Part shown: piece after piece, positions 7,799-18,045 of the stretch
How positions within the stretch are numbered: position 1 is the stretch's first letter
How the letters are laid out: every line of letters starts with the position of its first letter
DNA from: Candidatus Hydrogenedentota bacterium
GTDB taxonomy: Bacteria; Hydrogenedentota; Hydrogenedentia; Hydrogenedentales; SLHB01
Assembly (NCBI GenBank): GCA_963668025.2
Contig: CAXXTH010000006.1
Span: forward strand, 54,179 to 118,178
Direction of reading: 5' to 3'
DNA: 64,000 nt
Made by a program: the position numbers and the translations under genes
The notes under the pieces: model-generated
The model's input: only the letters and a program-made list of their open reading frames with translations
What the model was told of the DNA's origin: nothing
The model's database searches: none

Positions 7799-10582
7799 TT
7801 ATACAGGCAGCCGCCGTCTTTGCCTGGCGGCTCCTGTTACAATAATCACAAGCGACAATACCAAGACCGGCAGCGGCGCGGTATTGGTATTGGGTACGAG
7901 GGGATCTGTTCCCGCATCGACTTCTTCACCATCGCTCACGCCGTCGCCATCCGTGTCCGCGTCGGTTGGATTCGTTCCCCGCGATGCCTCTTCGTCATCG
8001 GATAGGCCGTCATTATCGGAATCGGTGTCGATGAAAGAGGGGTACCCATCGCCATCGGGATCGTCCACACCTTCGAGCATATCGCCTAAGCCATCGTCGT
8101 CCTGATCCGCGCCTGTTTGGGGTGCGGCGATGAAGTCCACCGCAATATTTCCCGCCGCGTTGGTGGGGTCGAGGCGGAGCGCGGTGATCTCGTGTCCGGT
8201 CCATTCCGCATGGTCTGATAGATCGAGTGTGTAGAGGTGGAAGGCCCCGTCCGCGGAGATAGGGAATTTACGGGAGCGGGATTCCGCGAATCCCGCCGCA
8301 TCGGGCCGCGCCCAGAAGAGCTGCGCTTCAGAACCGGCGTCCGCGCGCATGCGTACGCAGATTTTCTGTGTCACATCGCCCAAGAGAAACATGCTGGGAC
8401 GTGACAGGTAGGGATCTTCTCCTGTGGCGCGCAACTGAAGAAAACCACCAGCTACAGTCATGTTTATTACTTGATTCAAGGCTTTCCAGCCTTCTTGATC
8501 GCCTATGGTGTCGAACAGGAAATGCACCTGTGTCGCGGCGGGCAATGCTTCCTTCCAGGCGCTCAGGCCGATGATGGGCAGCGCGAACGCGGCTTCGCTC
8601 TCGAAGTCCGGTGTGCCCGCCGCCTGGAACACGCGCCAGCTCCGCTTTTTGGCGAGAGGCTGGGCGGGGAAGGATGCGCTGGTGTTGCGCGTCCAGAGGC
8701 CCAGTAGAAGGCCGCCCTCCAGACCATGGTCCACATGCCGGTGAAGGATGAAGGCGTCAATCCCCGGGGTGTGGCTCAGCTTCCACCACGCGCAGGCATA
8801 TGCCGCCGCTTGGATATCTTGTCCATCCGTGGTGGAGGGGGTGTGAAAACCTTGCTCCGATAAGATGATTCGGTGCGGTTCGCCATTCACGAGCATGCCG
8901 GGCTGCCGCATGTAGACGGGCAGGATCTCGATATTCTTGAAAGTGATGCGTTTCGTGTTGAAGGTGAATGTGGCGGTGTTGTCCTTCCAAAATCTTGGCT
9001 CGAATAGATTCTGCGGATACGGATGGTAGGCGATATTCCAGGGAAAGTCTCCCTGCGCTTTGCTGTTGGTGTTCATCAAATTCATGACATCGCGGCCTTT
9101 GCCGGAATGAGTTGTGCTGCCCGCCTGCCCGGTCCAGTAATGAGTCATGCTGATCAGTGCGCGGGCGTCGCGGTGGAATTTACGAACAGCCAAATCCGCG
9201 ATACGCACCTGCCGGGTGTAGTCGGCCATGAAGTCCGCAATGGAGATCGCGCCCATGTTGTGCCAATCCCAGTGGGCGTCCACTTCATTGCCCACGATGA
9301 AGTTTGATGCCCAGCCGCAGGCGCGGCCCGGATCGGAATAGCGGAAAGCCAAAAACTCGACGGCGGCGCGGTAATAGCGGTAGCCGTCCTGGTCTGTTAC
9401 ATTAAAAGCGCCCAGATGGTTGGGGGCATTCGCCAGGTCGGTAAGGGGGTGGATCAGCGGGTGGCCATTGTCGCTCGTGGGAATGGAGTTTAGCATGATG
9501 AGCGTAACATCGCACCCGGCGTCTGTCAGTTGCTTGACTTGGCTGTCAAGCCCGGCGACATAATTAATATTAATGGGTATGGCCTGGCCGTCCACATCCC
9601 AGGTTGCGGAAGGGCTGGCATTGCCCCAATCCACCACGCTGCTCAACACGACATTAAGCCCGGCATGGCGCACCCCTAGTTCGATGGCGTCGTCCGCCAT
9701 TTGAACTTGCAAGCCTTTGATGGTGTCCGGCTTCAAAAAAGAGAAATTACGATCATCGGTGAAACTCCAATGCCGGGCGGCAGCGGAGGGCTCGTGGCCA
9801 TCATAAGCGGCGTTATCCGTGATGGCTATCCAGTCGATGTCCACCACGGCGTTGAGAAATTCCGTCTTTAATGCGTGTTGGTTTTCCGCCAGATCGAAGC
9901 GCATTGTGGCCATCCCGGCGGGCGGGGAAGCGGCGCGCATGTCATAAGCCACTACTTGCCAGTCAGGCCCAGCTTGCAGGATAAACGAAGCGCTTACAAA
10001 ACCGCCGGAGGCTGGAAACAGATAGACGCCGAAGTTCATGGAATCGAGGTCCGGATTGGTATAGCGGATGCGCATCACCAGCCAGGGCGTAGTGGCAGGA
10101 TCGAAGGAGAAGGAATGTGCGAAGTAGGGATCGAAGGCTGCCGCGCCGGGATCGGTGAAGGTGATATGCATGGCACCATCTTGCGCGGCCAGCACGCCGC
10201 CCGCGCCGCCCAGTGTCCACCCTTGGACGCTATTGCTTAATCGGCTTAGGCCGTCCAGATTGGTAACGAATTGTGGCAGGCCGATCTCAGCGCCGTCGGA
10301 AGCATTGATAAGCTGAAAAGCCCGGTACAGGCGGTCCACGTTCCCATCGAAGCGGGGGAAGCTGAGTATGCCGGTTCCCGAACCTTCATATAAAGCCTGT
10401 GCATCCGAGGCGGCGCATGTTTGCCAGGAGTCCAACTCCGCGATGCGGATGGTGTCCGCGCTGGGATTACTTATGGTGATGTCAATTGCCGCGTCGCGGG
10501 CGCTCACCCGTGTGATGGCTGGGCCAGCGGCGGAGGTCATAGCAGGCATAATGGCAAGGGACAGATATATGAGGAAGCGCAT
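7799..10582 (-). CDS. Secreted DUF5722 (glycoside hydrolase-like) protein with Ca-binding DxDxDG repeats and C-terminal membrane anchor
   Basis: Signal peptide, 'KGLQ', 'FIVGNEVD', 'AYHPYP', 'IILSEQG', DTDGDGVSDGEE repeats, hydrophobic tail plus RRR. Confidence 0.8.
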   Translation of the reverse strand: MRFLIYLSLAIMPAMTSAAGPAITRVSARDAAIDITISNPSADTIRIAELDSWQTCAASDAQALYEGSGTGILSFPRFDGNVDRLYRAFQLINASDGAEIGLPQFVTNLDGLSRLSNSVQGWTLGGAGGVLAAQDGAMHITFTDPGAAAFDPYFAHSFSFDPATTPWLVMRIRYTNPDLDSMNFGVYLFPASGGFVSASFILQAGPDWQVVAYDMRAASPPAGMATMRFDLAENQHALKTEFLNAVVDIDWIAITDNAAYDGHEPSAAARHWSFTDDRNFSFLKPDTIKGLQVQMADDAIELGVRHAGLNVVLSSVVDWGNASPSATWDVDGQAIPININYVAGLDSQVKQLTDAGCDVTLIMLNSIPTSDNGHPLIHPLTDLANAPNHLGAFNVTDQDGYRYYRAAVEFLAFRYSDPGRACGWASNFIVGNEVDAHWDWHNMGAISIADFMADYTRQVRIADLAVRKFHRDARALISMTHYWTGQAGSTTHSGKGRDVMNLMNTNSKAQGDFPWNIAYHPYPQNLFEPRFWKDNTATFTFNTKRITFKNIEILPVYMRQPGMLVNGEPHRIILSEQGFHTPSTTDGQDIQAAAYACAWWKLSHTPGIDAFILHRHVDHGLEGGLLLGLWTRNTSASFPAQPLAKKRSWRVFQAAGTPDFESEAAFALPIIGLSAWKEALPAATQVHFLFDTIGDQEGWKALNQVINMTVAGGFLQLRATGEDPYLSRPSMFLLGDVTQKICVRMRADAGSEAQLFWARPDAAGFAESRSRKFPISADGAFHLYTLDLSDHAEWTGHEITALRLDPTNAAGNIAVDFIAAPQTGADQDDDGLGDMLEGVDDPDGDGYPSFIDTDSDNDGLSDDEEASRGTNPTDADTDGDGVSDGEEVDAGTDPLVPNTNTAPLPVLVLSLVIIVTGAARQRRRLPV

Positions 10583-10740
10583 ATGCGGTCTTTGAGCGGA
10601 TGTTGTCTGAATTGCCATGCCTCATGATATCACCGGAATTTACATGATGTCGACCGAGTAGAGATTCCTAAAATGCGCCCCGTTTGAATCTACATCGCCA
10701 TAAAACCGAAAACGGGTATTTAAACGAAATCCGCACCCCA

Positions 10741-10825
10741 AAAGCGGCAGCAAGCTGCCGCACTCCAAGTAGTTTCACAAAAAAGTTAGAGCACATATGG
10801 AGTGCGGTAGCTTGCTACCGCTTTT
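10741..10825. repeat. Inverted pair of a second REP family (GGAG type)
   Basis: AAAGCGGCAGCAAGCTGCCGCACTCCA ... TGGAGTGCGGTAGCTTGCTACCGCTTT. Each half is itself a hairpin. Confidence 0.75.
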
Positions 10826-10885
10826 ATGTCCTCTTTGGTGTATTTCACTGGCATTGACTTGTTTTGGCTTGCCTGCTCCATTATT

Positions 10886-10907
10886 AAAAATCCCCGAAAG
10901 CGGGGAT
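10886..10907 (-). terminator. Intrinsic terminator after the minus-strand sugar locus
   Basis: Minus strand reads ATCCCCG-CTTT-CGGGGAT-TTTT. Confidence 0.7.
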
Positions 10908-10990
10908 GACAGATAGGTGGTTGTGCGTTATTTCTTCAGTATGTACGCATGATACATTCTTCCAGGAGCGGTAATAGCAGAACCGCGCCC

Positions 10991-12040
10991 TTATTTACTG
11001 AACAAGCGAGTAAACAACCGGCTCTTGCCTGTTTCCACCCAAATGTCATCAACAGGAGCTTCATATTCTCCCTGTTTGAGATGAATGAGAAGCGCCTGGT
11101 TCATTTGAGTGGATAAGGAAGCCTTTGGCGCTTTTAAGACGAGTTCCAATGAAATACTGGACCATTTGCTGGCTAGTTTATGATCGGGCAGGACACTGAG
11201 GTGTGTGGAAACACTCTGTCCCGTCTTACACTTGTAGCGCTCGGGCGATGGCGTATTTTCGAAATGGACCGTAAACAGCACTTCTTCTTCCGATATCGTG
11301 GCGGTTACGGGGTACATCCGTTCATTCAGCTCCACGCAGGCGTCATTGGGAAGCGCGCCCAGGATGGCGAGTTCTTCTGGAGTAAACTTGGCTTTAGCCA
11401 GAGAGAATTCCGCCGAAATTCTCATGTCGTTGATCGTAACATCAAATTGACTAGAAGACCACGACAGGAGCAGCACTCTCGAAGTGCCGCCCGTGTTGAT
11501 GGTGGGCATACGGTCGGGCGCTAATTTAGTCTCTAGCAGCACCGCGTTATCGGTGGCTACGCGCGCCACTGCTTCACCAGGGGGTATCGCCGAGCCTGGA
11601 GCCGTGTGGGTAAGCCCCACCACCCAGCCCGCTTGGCCTGCTTTCACTTCTTCGACGGCGGCTTCTTGCGGCGCAAGCGCCAGCATGGCTCGATAGCGTT
11701 CCGCGCCCGCCGCGTCCTGTTGCGCCTCGGCGCGCTCGATCTGTTTGCGCAGGTCGGCGGCCAGTTCGTAATTTGCGACATCGGCAGGATTGGTGATGAC
11801 ACGGGCCAGCATCGCGCCCGCTTCGACGCGTTCTCCCGGCTGGACGCAGCGTTCCACGAGCACGATTCTGTTCGAGAAGGCGCAGGTTTCCACATCGGGC
11901 TTTAAAACGCCGCTGGACTTCGCCGACAATGAGCTTTGTATGAACCAAGTAGACGCCGCACCCGCCAGTACTAATAGCCCGAAGATATACCCAATAGCCG
12001 TGACGATGCGGGGAGATTGATTATAGAGCCACTCTTTCAG
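10991..12040 (-). CDS. HlyD/membrane-fusion-like protein (N-terminal TM, lipoyl half-motifs, helical hairpin), probable CTG start
   Basis: 'VQPGERVEAGAMLARV', 'EVKAGQAGWV'. The frame extends upstream of the ORF-track start through a TM helix to AAGGAGG-6nt-CTG at 12040. Confidence 0.65.
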   Translation of the reverse strand: MKEWLYNQSPRIVTAIGYIFGLLVLAGAASTWFIQSSLSAKSSGVLKPDVETCAFSNRIVLVERCVQPGERVEAGAMLARVITNPADVANYELAADLRKQIERAEAQQDAAGAERYRAMLALAPQEAAVEEVKAGQAGWVVGLTHTAPGSAIPPGEAVARVATDNAVLLETKLAPDRMPTINTGGTSRVLLLSWSSSQFDVTINDMRISAEFSLAKAKFTPEELAILGALPNDACVELNERMYPVTATISEEEVLFTVHFENTPSPERYKCKTGQSVSTHLSVLPDHKLASKWSSISLELVLKAPKASLSTQMNQALLIHLKQGEYEAPVDDIWVETGKSRLFTRLFSK

Positions 12041-12076
12041 GATAGGCCTCCTTGGAGCGAAACGCTCGCATGTATG

Positions 12077-12844
12077 CTAGACCAGAACAACCTCGGTTCC
12101 TGCCTGGATGATTTCATCACACAGTTCTTTATCCAGGTGCTTGTCAGAGATAATCATATCTACTTCATTAATGGGGCATATGCTCGCGAAGCCGCGGTGC
12201 CCGCCCTTGCTGCTGTCGCTGACGACAACTTTTTTCTCCGCGATGCTCATGGCGGCTTGTACGACTTCCGCCAATTCGTGGTCCGTCGTGCTCAGGCCGT
12301 GGACCGGGTGGAATCCGTCCACGGAAAGAAACGCGATATCCACGGAGAACTGGTTGATGGCCGCTATGAGTGTCGGGCCTACCAAGTCACGGCTGGAAGG
12401 CCGGTAACGTCCCCCGAGCAGAAACAAGGTCATGCCGCGCCGCCCGCTCAACACTTCGGCGATGGCCAGGCCGTTTGTCACCACCGTGATGCCCATGCCC
12501 TCTGGCAAGCGCTGCGCGATTTGCAGCGCTGTCGTGCCTGAATCCAGCAAGAGCGCCTGGCCGGGCTTCACCAAACTCACGGCAAAAGAGGCGATAGCGG
12601 ATTTACGGCCGATGTTGCGGTGCAATCGTTCGTTGTAATCGAATTCCTGCTGGGTCGATGACGCCACAATCGCGCCGCCATACACCTTTTTTGCCTGGCC
12701 CTTGCGTTCGAGCTTGAGGAGATCCCGGCGCACGCTGGATTCCGAGATGCCGAACTTTTCGGCCAGTTCGGTGACGGTTACTTTCTTTCTTTCTTTAAGA
12801 ATTTGAGCGATGGTGTCTTGCCGTTCGAGGTCTGAGAGTCCCAT
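12077..12844 (-). CDS. DeoR/GlpR-family transcriptional regulator
   Basis: HTH 'ELAEKFGISESSVRRDL', 'LDSGTT', 'VVTNGL', 'DSSK'. Confidence 0.95.
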   Translation of the reverse strand: MGLSDLERQDTIAQILKERKKVTVTELAEKFGISESSVRRDLLKLERKGQAKKVYGGAIVASSTQQEFDYNERLHRNIGRKSAIASFAVSLVKPGQALLLDSGTTALQIAQRLPEGMGITVVTNGLAIAEVLSGRRGMTLFLLGGRYRPSSRDLVGPTLIAAINQFSVDIAFLSVDGFHPVHGLSTTDHELAEVVQAAMSIAEKKVVVSDSSKGGHRGFASICPINEVDMIISDKHLDKELCDEIIQAGTEVVLV

Positions 12845-13003
12845 AATACATGTCCTTGTTTGTCTTTTGGTGATTGCGCCGCTCTTGGGGAATTCCGTTC
12901 GCTAGTGAGCAGACGCCTCGAGATTGGCTCCTCCCGTTCCTAGTTCATGCCGCATTGTTGCACAGAATTTGCGCAGTGTGCAAGAACGCGCGCATTCTCC
13001 CGT

Positions 13004-14413
13004 TTATTGCTTGCCAGGTTCCGATACCCGCCAAATAATAGAATCCGATACCACACGCCGGACAGCCTCTAATGAAGAAAGCTGGCCGCCGCCCCAAATC
13101 TGCACGAGCACATTTCCCATGGCGGTGGCTTCCGTGAGGCCCGTGAACACGGGAACTTGTGCGAAGCCGGCCAGCAATTCAACAAACAGCGCGCACTTCG
13201 CGCCGCCTCCAACAAGGAACACGCGTTCCAGCTTGCGGTCCAGCATGTCCGCCATGGCATGAACCGCTTGGGCGGTGGCTTCCGCAAGGCTTTCATAGAT
13301 GCACCGGGCCATGGCGGCATGGCTTTCCGGCATGGCCGCGCCTTGAATCGCGAACGTGCGCGCAAGGGCTTGGCGGAAGGTTTCATCGGGGCCAATGGCC
13401 AATGCGCTGGGCGTAAACCGAGTGGGGGAGGAGGGCTCGAGCCGCGCCCGTTCCGCCAGCTCCGCCGCAGGCGGAGCCCCTTCTTCGCGTATATATCGTT
13501 CGAGGAAATAGAGGCCCATCATGCCGTTCATGACTGCCCAGCGGCCGCCGGGTATTCGGATGGAGCCTGCTCCTGCTTGCACGGTTTTTTCCGTGACACA
13601 TGGCGCGCCGGTTTCCGCGCCATACATAAGCCAAGTGCCTGCGCTTACCGCCATATCACCCATCGAGGATAAGGGGATGGCCGTGAGCGCGGAAGCCGTG
13701 TCATGCTCCGCCGCCAGGCGCACTTCCCATGGGGGGCTGCCGGTGACGGGCGGGCGGTATAGGCCCAGCAGTTCGCCGCAAGGCCGTATGGGTGGAAACA
13801 AATGGGCGGGCAGGTTGAAGCATTCCATCAATTCTTGATCCCACCCGGAACCGCCATCATATAGCTGCGTGAGCGACGCCATGCATGGTTCCGTGGCCTC
13901 CGCGCCGCAGAGTATGTTGTTTGCAAGGCCAGGCATGAAGAGCAGCCGCTTTGCTTCATGCAGCAGTTCAGGGCGCTCGAGGGCCGTGGCCAGGACTTGG
14001 TGCAGGGCGGAGAACGGAACGCTGAATCCCGCCGTGCGCTGTTGCAGGCGCATGGGGCTCCACTGCTGCGCCGCCACTTGGGCGGCAATAACGGTTGTGC
14101 GTTGATCTTGGTAGGCGTACGGCCATTCCAGTAACGCACCGGAAGGGGAGATGAATCCGTGGTCGTGTCCCCAGGAGTTGCATGCGACACCGCGAATGGG
14201 AGCGCCTGTGCGTGCGGCTATCTCAAGCCCCTGCTGGATTTCGCTGGCGATATGGGGCCAATCCCAGTACAAGCCGTGCTCCCGCTGCACCGGCGCATTC
14301 GGGAAGCGGTGGATTTCCTCCATGCGGATGCGTGCGCCGTCGTAATGGCCCAGCATGACGCGCCCGCTGGTAGCGCCCAAATCAATGGCGGCATACGATT
14401 CGTGGTCCTGCAC
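13004..14413 (-). CDS. Rhamnulokinase-like FGGY sugar kinase
   Basis: 'AIDLGATSGR', 'EIHRFPN', 'HDTASA', 'SAGTW', 'VGGG', 'EATAMGN'. GGAGG RBS plus GTG at 14413. Confidence 0.9.
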   Translation of the reverse strand: MQDHESYAAIDLGATSGRVMLGHYDGARIRMEEIHRFPNAPVQREHGLYWDWPHIASEIQQGLEIAARTGAPIRGVACNSWGHDHGFISPSGALLEWPYAYQDQRTTVIAAQVAAQQWSPMRLQQRTAGFSVPFSALHQVLATALERPELLHEAKRLLFMPGLANNILCGAEATEPCMASLTQLYDGGSGWDQELMECFNLPAHLFPPIRPCGELLGLYRPPVTGSPPWEVRLAAEHDTASALTAIPLSSMGDMAVSAGTWLMYGAETGAPCVTEKTVQAGAGSIRIPGGRWAVMNGMMGLYFLERYIREEGAPPAAELAERARLEPSSPTRFTPSALAIGPDETFRQALARTFAIQGAAMPESHAAMARCIYESLAEATAQAVHAMADMLDRKLERVFLVGGGAKCALFVELLAGFAQVPVFTGLTEATAMGNVLVQIWGGGQLSSLEAVRRVVSDSIIWRVSEPGKQ

Positions 14414-14424
14414 CGGGGGCCTCC

Positions 14425-15852
14425 TCAATCCACGCCGGTCTGTATGGCGCTTGCCTGGCATCCGCATAATGCGCCGAAAGCCTCGAATCGCCGCGCGGCG
14501 CGGCTTGGGGTGATGCACAGATGATGCGGACCGCCCAGCAGGGCGTATTCGTTCATCACCTGGCGCACATCGCGCCCAAACCGGATTTTATAATTGGGCC
14601 GTTCCCACGTGTTCACTAGGAGTGGGAAACCGGTGATCTCCGTGTTCATGTGAATGATATGGAATTGGCCGCTGCCGGTAAGCGTCAGCGCGCCGAGCGT
14701 GGCGGGCCCTGGCTCCAAAGTAAACAACAATGAGCAGAACGGCGCGCATGGGGCAAGGCTGAACACTTGCGCATGCACGAGAGGCTTGGCCTCTTTCCGC
14801 GCCAGCCGCCAGTTCAGCTCCGCCATATGGGTGTTGAGTACGGTGTTGTCGGTGAAGTCCATCGTATATAGTTCTGTAAACGACACCGGCTCCGCCAGGC
14901 AGTGGGCCATTGCCGTCCAAGCGGTCACCAGCAGATCGCCCTCGCCGCCATACGCCAGCCCATCTCCCATGAGCTTGGTAATGCCCAGGAATGGTATCGT
15001 CTCGATGCCCGGCGTGCGTGCGATGTGGTCGAAACTGAACGTGAGGCCGGATAGCTCATGACGCGCCACCAGTTTTCGAAGCGCGATTTCCAGCCTAAGC
15101 GAACGCTCATGATCTTCCTGCTTGAGGCTCGATGGAAGTGTGAAATGCTCCGCGTCGAAACGGTGCGCTTCCGCGATTTCCTCGGGCAAAACATCAGCGG
15201 CCAGTTCCGCCAATTCCTCGCAGGGCAACGCGAAGGCCTCCAGCCCGAAAGCTTCATTCAGCCGCTCCGGCTCCACCAAGCCGTCGCCCATGCCCCATTG
15301 CGGCGGCGTGATCCAGGCAATGCGCCGCCCCCGGACTTGGGCGCGGGCCCGGCAGGCCACGAGATAGTCCATCAATTCCGCCCGCGTTTCGGCGTCCGCC
15401 AAGCGGCCCGTCACGATAAAAAACGAGCGGTTCTCGCGCACCAAAACCGCCGTGATGTCTTGCACGCCTTGCATGCCGTGGTTATAGAGCAGGTCATCGA
15501 AACGGAAAGCCGTGGTCACGGCTTCTGCACCCTGGGTGTTCAGGATCACCAGCGGCAAAGGCGTGCCGCATAAGGCGGGCGTGATGGACAGGCTATTCGT
15601 GTATCCAGCGCTGATTAGCACCAGCGCATCGACGTGGAGGTCTTCGGCATGCCGCAGAAAAGCTTGGGCCTGCTCCACCGTGCAGGTGATATCGATAGCG
15701 GCCACATCAGCCGCGCCTCCCAATTCGGCGAGCTGTTCTTCAATGAAGGCGCGCATGATCCCCTCGTAATTGGGATAGGCGTCCGCATACAAGGCCAGAT
15801 GCGTTCCCAGTACGGCGATACGTGGGGGGCGGTTCTCTAAATGGGCCAGCAT
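14425..15852 (-). CDS. L-arabinose/L-fucose isomerase-family protein
   Basis: 'YGGEGD', 'SFTELY', 'HMAE', 'GGPHH' metal-binding motifs. Confidence 0.85.
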   Translation of the reverse strand: MLAHLENRPPRIAVLGTHLALYADAYPNYEGIMRAFIEEQLAELGGAADVAAIDITCTVEQAQAFLRHAEDLHVDALVLISAGYTNSLSITPALCGTPLPLVILNTQGAEAVTTAFRFDDLLYNHGMQGVQDITAVLVRENRSFFIVTGRLADAETRAELMDYLVACRARAQVRGRRIAWITPPQWGMGDGLVEPERLNEAFGLEAFALPCEELAELAADVLPEEIAEAHRFDAEHFTLPSSLKQEDHERSLRLEIALRKLVARHELSGLTFSFDHIARTPGIETIPFLGITKLMGDGLAYGGEGDLLVTAWTAMAHCLAEPVSFTELYTMDFTDNTVLNTHMAELNWRLARKEAKPLVHAQVFSLAPCAPFCSLLFTLEPGPATLGALTLTGSGQFHIIHMNTEITGFPLLVNTWERPNYKIRFGRDVRQVMNEYALLGGPHHLCITPSRAARRFEAFGALCGCQASAIQTGVD

Positions 15853-15917
15853 GAAGTATTGCTCCTCTTGTGCTACTCAAAGAGTTAAGTTATCGTATAT
15901 GTTTTTCATGTGCCATT

Positions 15918-16032
15918 GTAGGGGCGCGTTGCACGCGCCTTCTCCTTTCTCGCATGGGCGAGACGCCCATGCTACGGGAGTCGCAAAAACATGTTAGCGG
16001 ATATATTTGCGTTCATTCGCGTTCATTCGCGG
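15918..16032. repeat. Cluster of REP halves and short extragenic repeats
   Basis: GTAGGGGCGCGTTGCACGCGCC, then CATGGGCGAGACGCCCATGCTACGGGAG (same as the array), then GCGTTCATTC x2. Confidence 0.7.
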
Positions 16033-16091
16033 TAAAAAAACGAAACACTTTGGTTGCGGCTACGCTGCTCCGTGCATTCCAGCACCGTGGC

Positions 16092-16844
16092 TTACTTGCA
16101 GAATGTGCGTCCGCCGTCTACATACAAGGACTGCCCAGTAATATACGACGCTTGGTCCGATAATAAGAAGATGGTTGCATGGGCGATGTCTTCCGGCTGC
16201 CCGAGGCGGCGCAGCGGCACATCGGCGGCGAGGGTTTTGCGTTTCTCCGGATCCGGATGGCGTCCGCGCAATAGTTCTGTTTCGATCAAGGAAGGATGGA
16301 CAATATTGCATCGCACGCCTTGGGGGCCGAATGCTTTGCAGATAGCCCGGTTCAATCCCTCGAGCCCGGCCTTTGCGCTCACATAATCGGCCCGCCCGCC
16401 GCCGCCCGCGACAATGGCCGCCGAACCGATGAGGACAATCGCGCCGCCTTCGGGCAGCATATGCGGCAGCGCCGCGTGGATCGCGTAGAAGGCCCCATTC
16501 AGGTTGATATCGATATTGCGCCGCCATTCTTCGGGATTCAGGTCCAGGAAAGAAACGGGTGAGGTGAATCCCGCGCTGTATACAAGATGATCAATGCCGC
16601 CCCATTGCGCCGCCACTTCATCCATGAAGGCTTTGATGCCCGAGGCGTCCGTGCAGTCGCCCGTACGGAAAATGGTGGCGGCGCCCAAGGCGGCCAGGGC
16701 TTCTTCCTGTTCCGCGCAAGGGTGCAGGTCCACCCAAGCGATCCGTGCGCCTGCTTGTGCGGCAAGCTGGCCGATGGATGCGCCAATTCCCCGTGAACCG
16801 CCAATGATAACGATACGTTTATCTTTCAAATCGGTCGTAAGCAT
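16092..16844 (-). CDS. SDR-family NAD(P)-dependent oxidoreductase
   Basis: GGSRGIG, YVSAK, 'YITGQSLYVDGG'. Confidence 0.93.
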   Translation of the reverse strand: MLTTDLKDKRIVIIGGSRGIGASIGQLAAQAGARIAWVDLHPCAEQEEALAALGAATIFRTGDCTDASGIKAFMDEVAAQWGGIDHLVYSAGFTSPVSFLDLNPEEWRRNIDINLNGAFYAIHAALPHMLPEGGAIVLIGSAAIVAGGGGRADYVSAKAGLEGLNRAICKAFGPQGVRCNIVHPSLIETELLRGRHPDPEKRKTLAADVPLRRLGQPEDIAHATIFLLSDQASYITGQSLYVDGGRTFCK

Positions 16845-16928
16845 CTTTTTCTCCCGTAGTAAACCATCACTCAAACCAAGGCCCCATGCGCTGCATGGGG
16901 CCCTATGGACTGCTTGTTTTTCAGAAGC

Positions 16929-17999
16929 TCAACCCCAGCCGCCGAGGAGGTGCAGCCGTCCGGGGCAATCACCTCTCTTTATTGCTTCACCATCTTCTGG
17001 CACATGCACCGGGAACTTCGAGCCGAAACGTACAAACTCGACATGGCCGTCCACATAAAGGACATTGCTGCCGCCGGGCACATGGTTGTAGTAAATGACG
17101 GAGGTATCACCAGCTCGATTCTCATTGCTGGACCAGGCATCCCACATGACGGGCAACTGGCTCTGGGCGACGCTGCCGGATGCGGGATTGTTGATATCCG
17201 TGATGAAGAACCGCTCGACGCCTTCCCGAAGCCGGTGGTACGCGGAAGGAAGCGGGAGGCCCCCTTCATCCGCCTTGGTGCGGGGCTGGTAGCCGCCGAT
17301 GGTGAGTTCAGTCGTGATGTCTTTTTCGCCGAGGTAAGGAATCAAAGTGATAAACGCCCATGTCGAAGGGCAGCCTACTTTATCCACAATGCTGCCTGCG
17401 CCACCCATCCACACGGTCTCCATCCATGGATAGTCATCGTCATTGGTTGCGTTATACAAATACAACCATCCCTCTTCCACCCACGTGATGTCAATCAATT
17501 GTGTCATCGTCTGCACCGCCCAAGGCATGTACAGGTAGGAAGTGGGATTGGATAGCAGCGTCATTTGACAGGCCTTGGCGGCCTCAGCGTCCACGCCAGT
17601 TTTAACGTCACGAACCGCGCCAGCGAGATCCTCCGGCATGGCAAGCATGCTGGGATTGTTAAAACCCATCGTATTGGTGCCGTTTCCACGCGGATCGGAT
17701 GGGCACAACACGATGCTGGCATCGTTCCAATAATCGGGGAACAGTTCATGCGCGCCAATGCCCATCTGGGTGAACCACCCACTGTTGCAATAGAGCTGTT
17801 TGGGGGGGAATAACCCCGATTTGTTTTCGCCCGCATACATCTTGAAGATGATGCCGAACTGCTTTAGATTGCTCGCGCAACTGGCCCGCCGCGCCGCTTC
17901 ACGCGCCCGCGCCAAGGCGGGCAACAAAATGGCGGCTAGAATGGCGATGATGGCGATAACAACCAACAACTCGATGAGGGTGAATCCTCGTTTATGCAT
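16929..17999 (-). CDS. DUF1559 prepilin-type N-terminal cleavage/methylation protein (H-X9-DG), copy C
   Basis: [28 protein letters not shown]-x-x-[20 protein letters not shown]. Confidence 0.92.
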   Translation of the reverse strand: MHKRGFTLIELLVVIAIIAILAAILLPALARAREAARRASCASNLKQFGIIFKMYAGENKSGLFPPKQLYCNSGWFTQMGIGAHELFPDYWNDASIVLCPSDPRGNGTNTMGFNNPSMLAMPEDLAGAVRDVKTGVDAEAAKACQMTLLSNPTSYLYMPWAVQTMTQLIDITWVEEGWLYLYNATNDDDYPWMETVWMGGAGSIVDKVGCPSTWAFITLIPYLGEKDITTELTIGGYQPRTKADEGGLPLPSAYHRLREGVERFFITDINNPASGSVAQSQLPVMWDAWSSNENRAGDTSVIYYNHVPGGSNVLYVDGHVEFVRFGSKFPVHVPEDGEAIKRGDCPGRLHLLGGWG

Positions 18000-18045
18000 A
18001 GCCACACACCCCTTTATGGTTGGTAAATGCCAATAGTTCAGAGGA

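Noticed and set aside
10991-12844. Stop-codon read-through fusing DeoR to the HlyD-like ORF (same frame, single TAG at 12077-12079)
   Set aside because: DeoR is full length at the TAG and the downstream gene has its own strong RBS. A shared frame is expected by chance one time in three.
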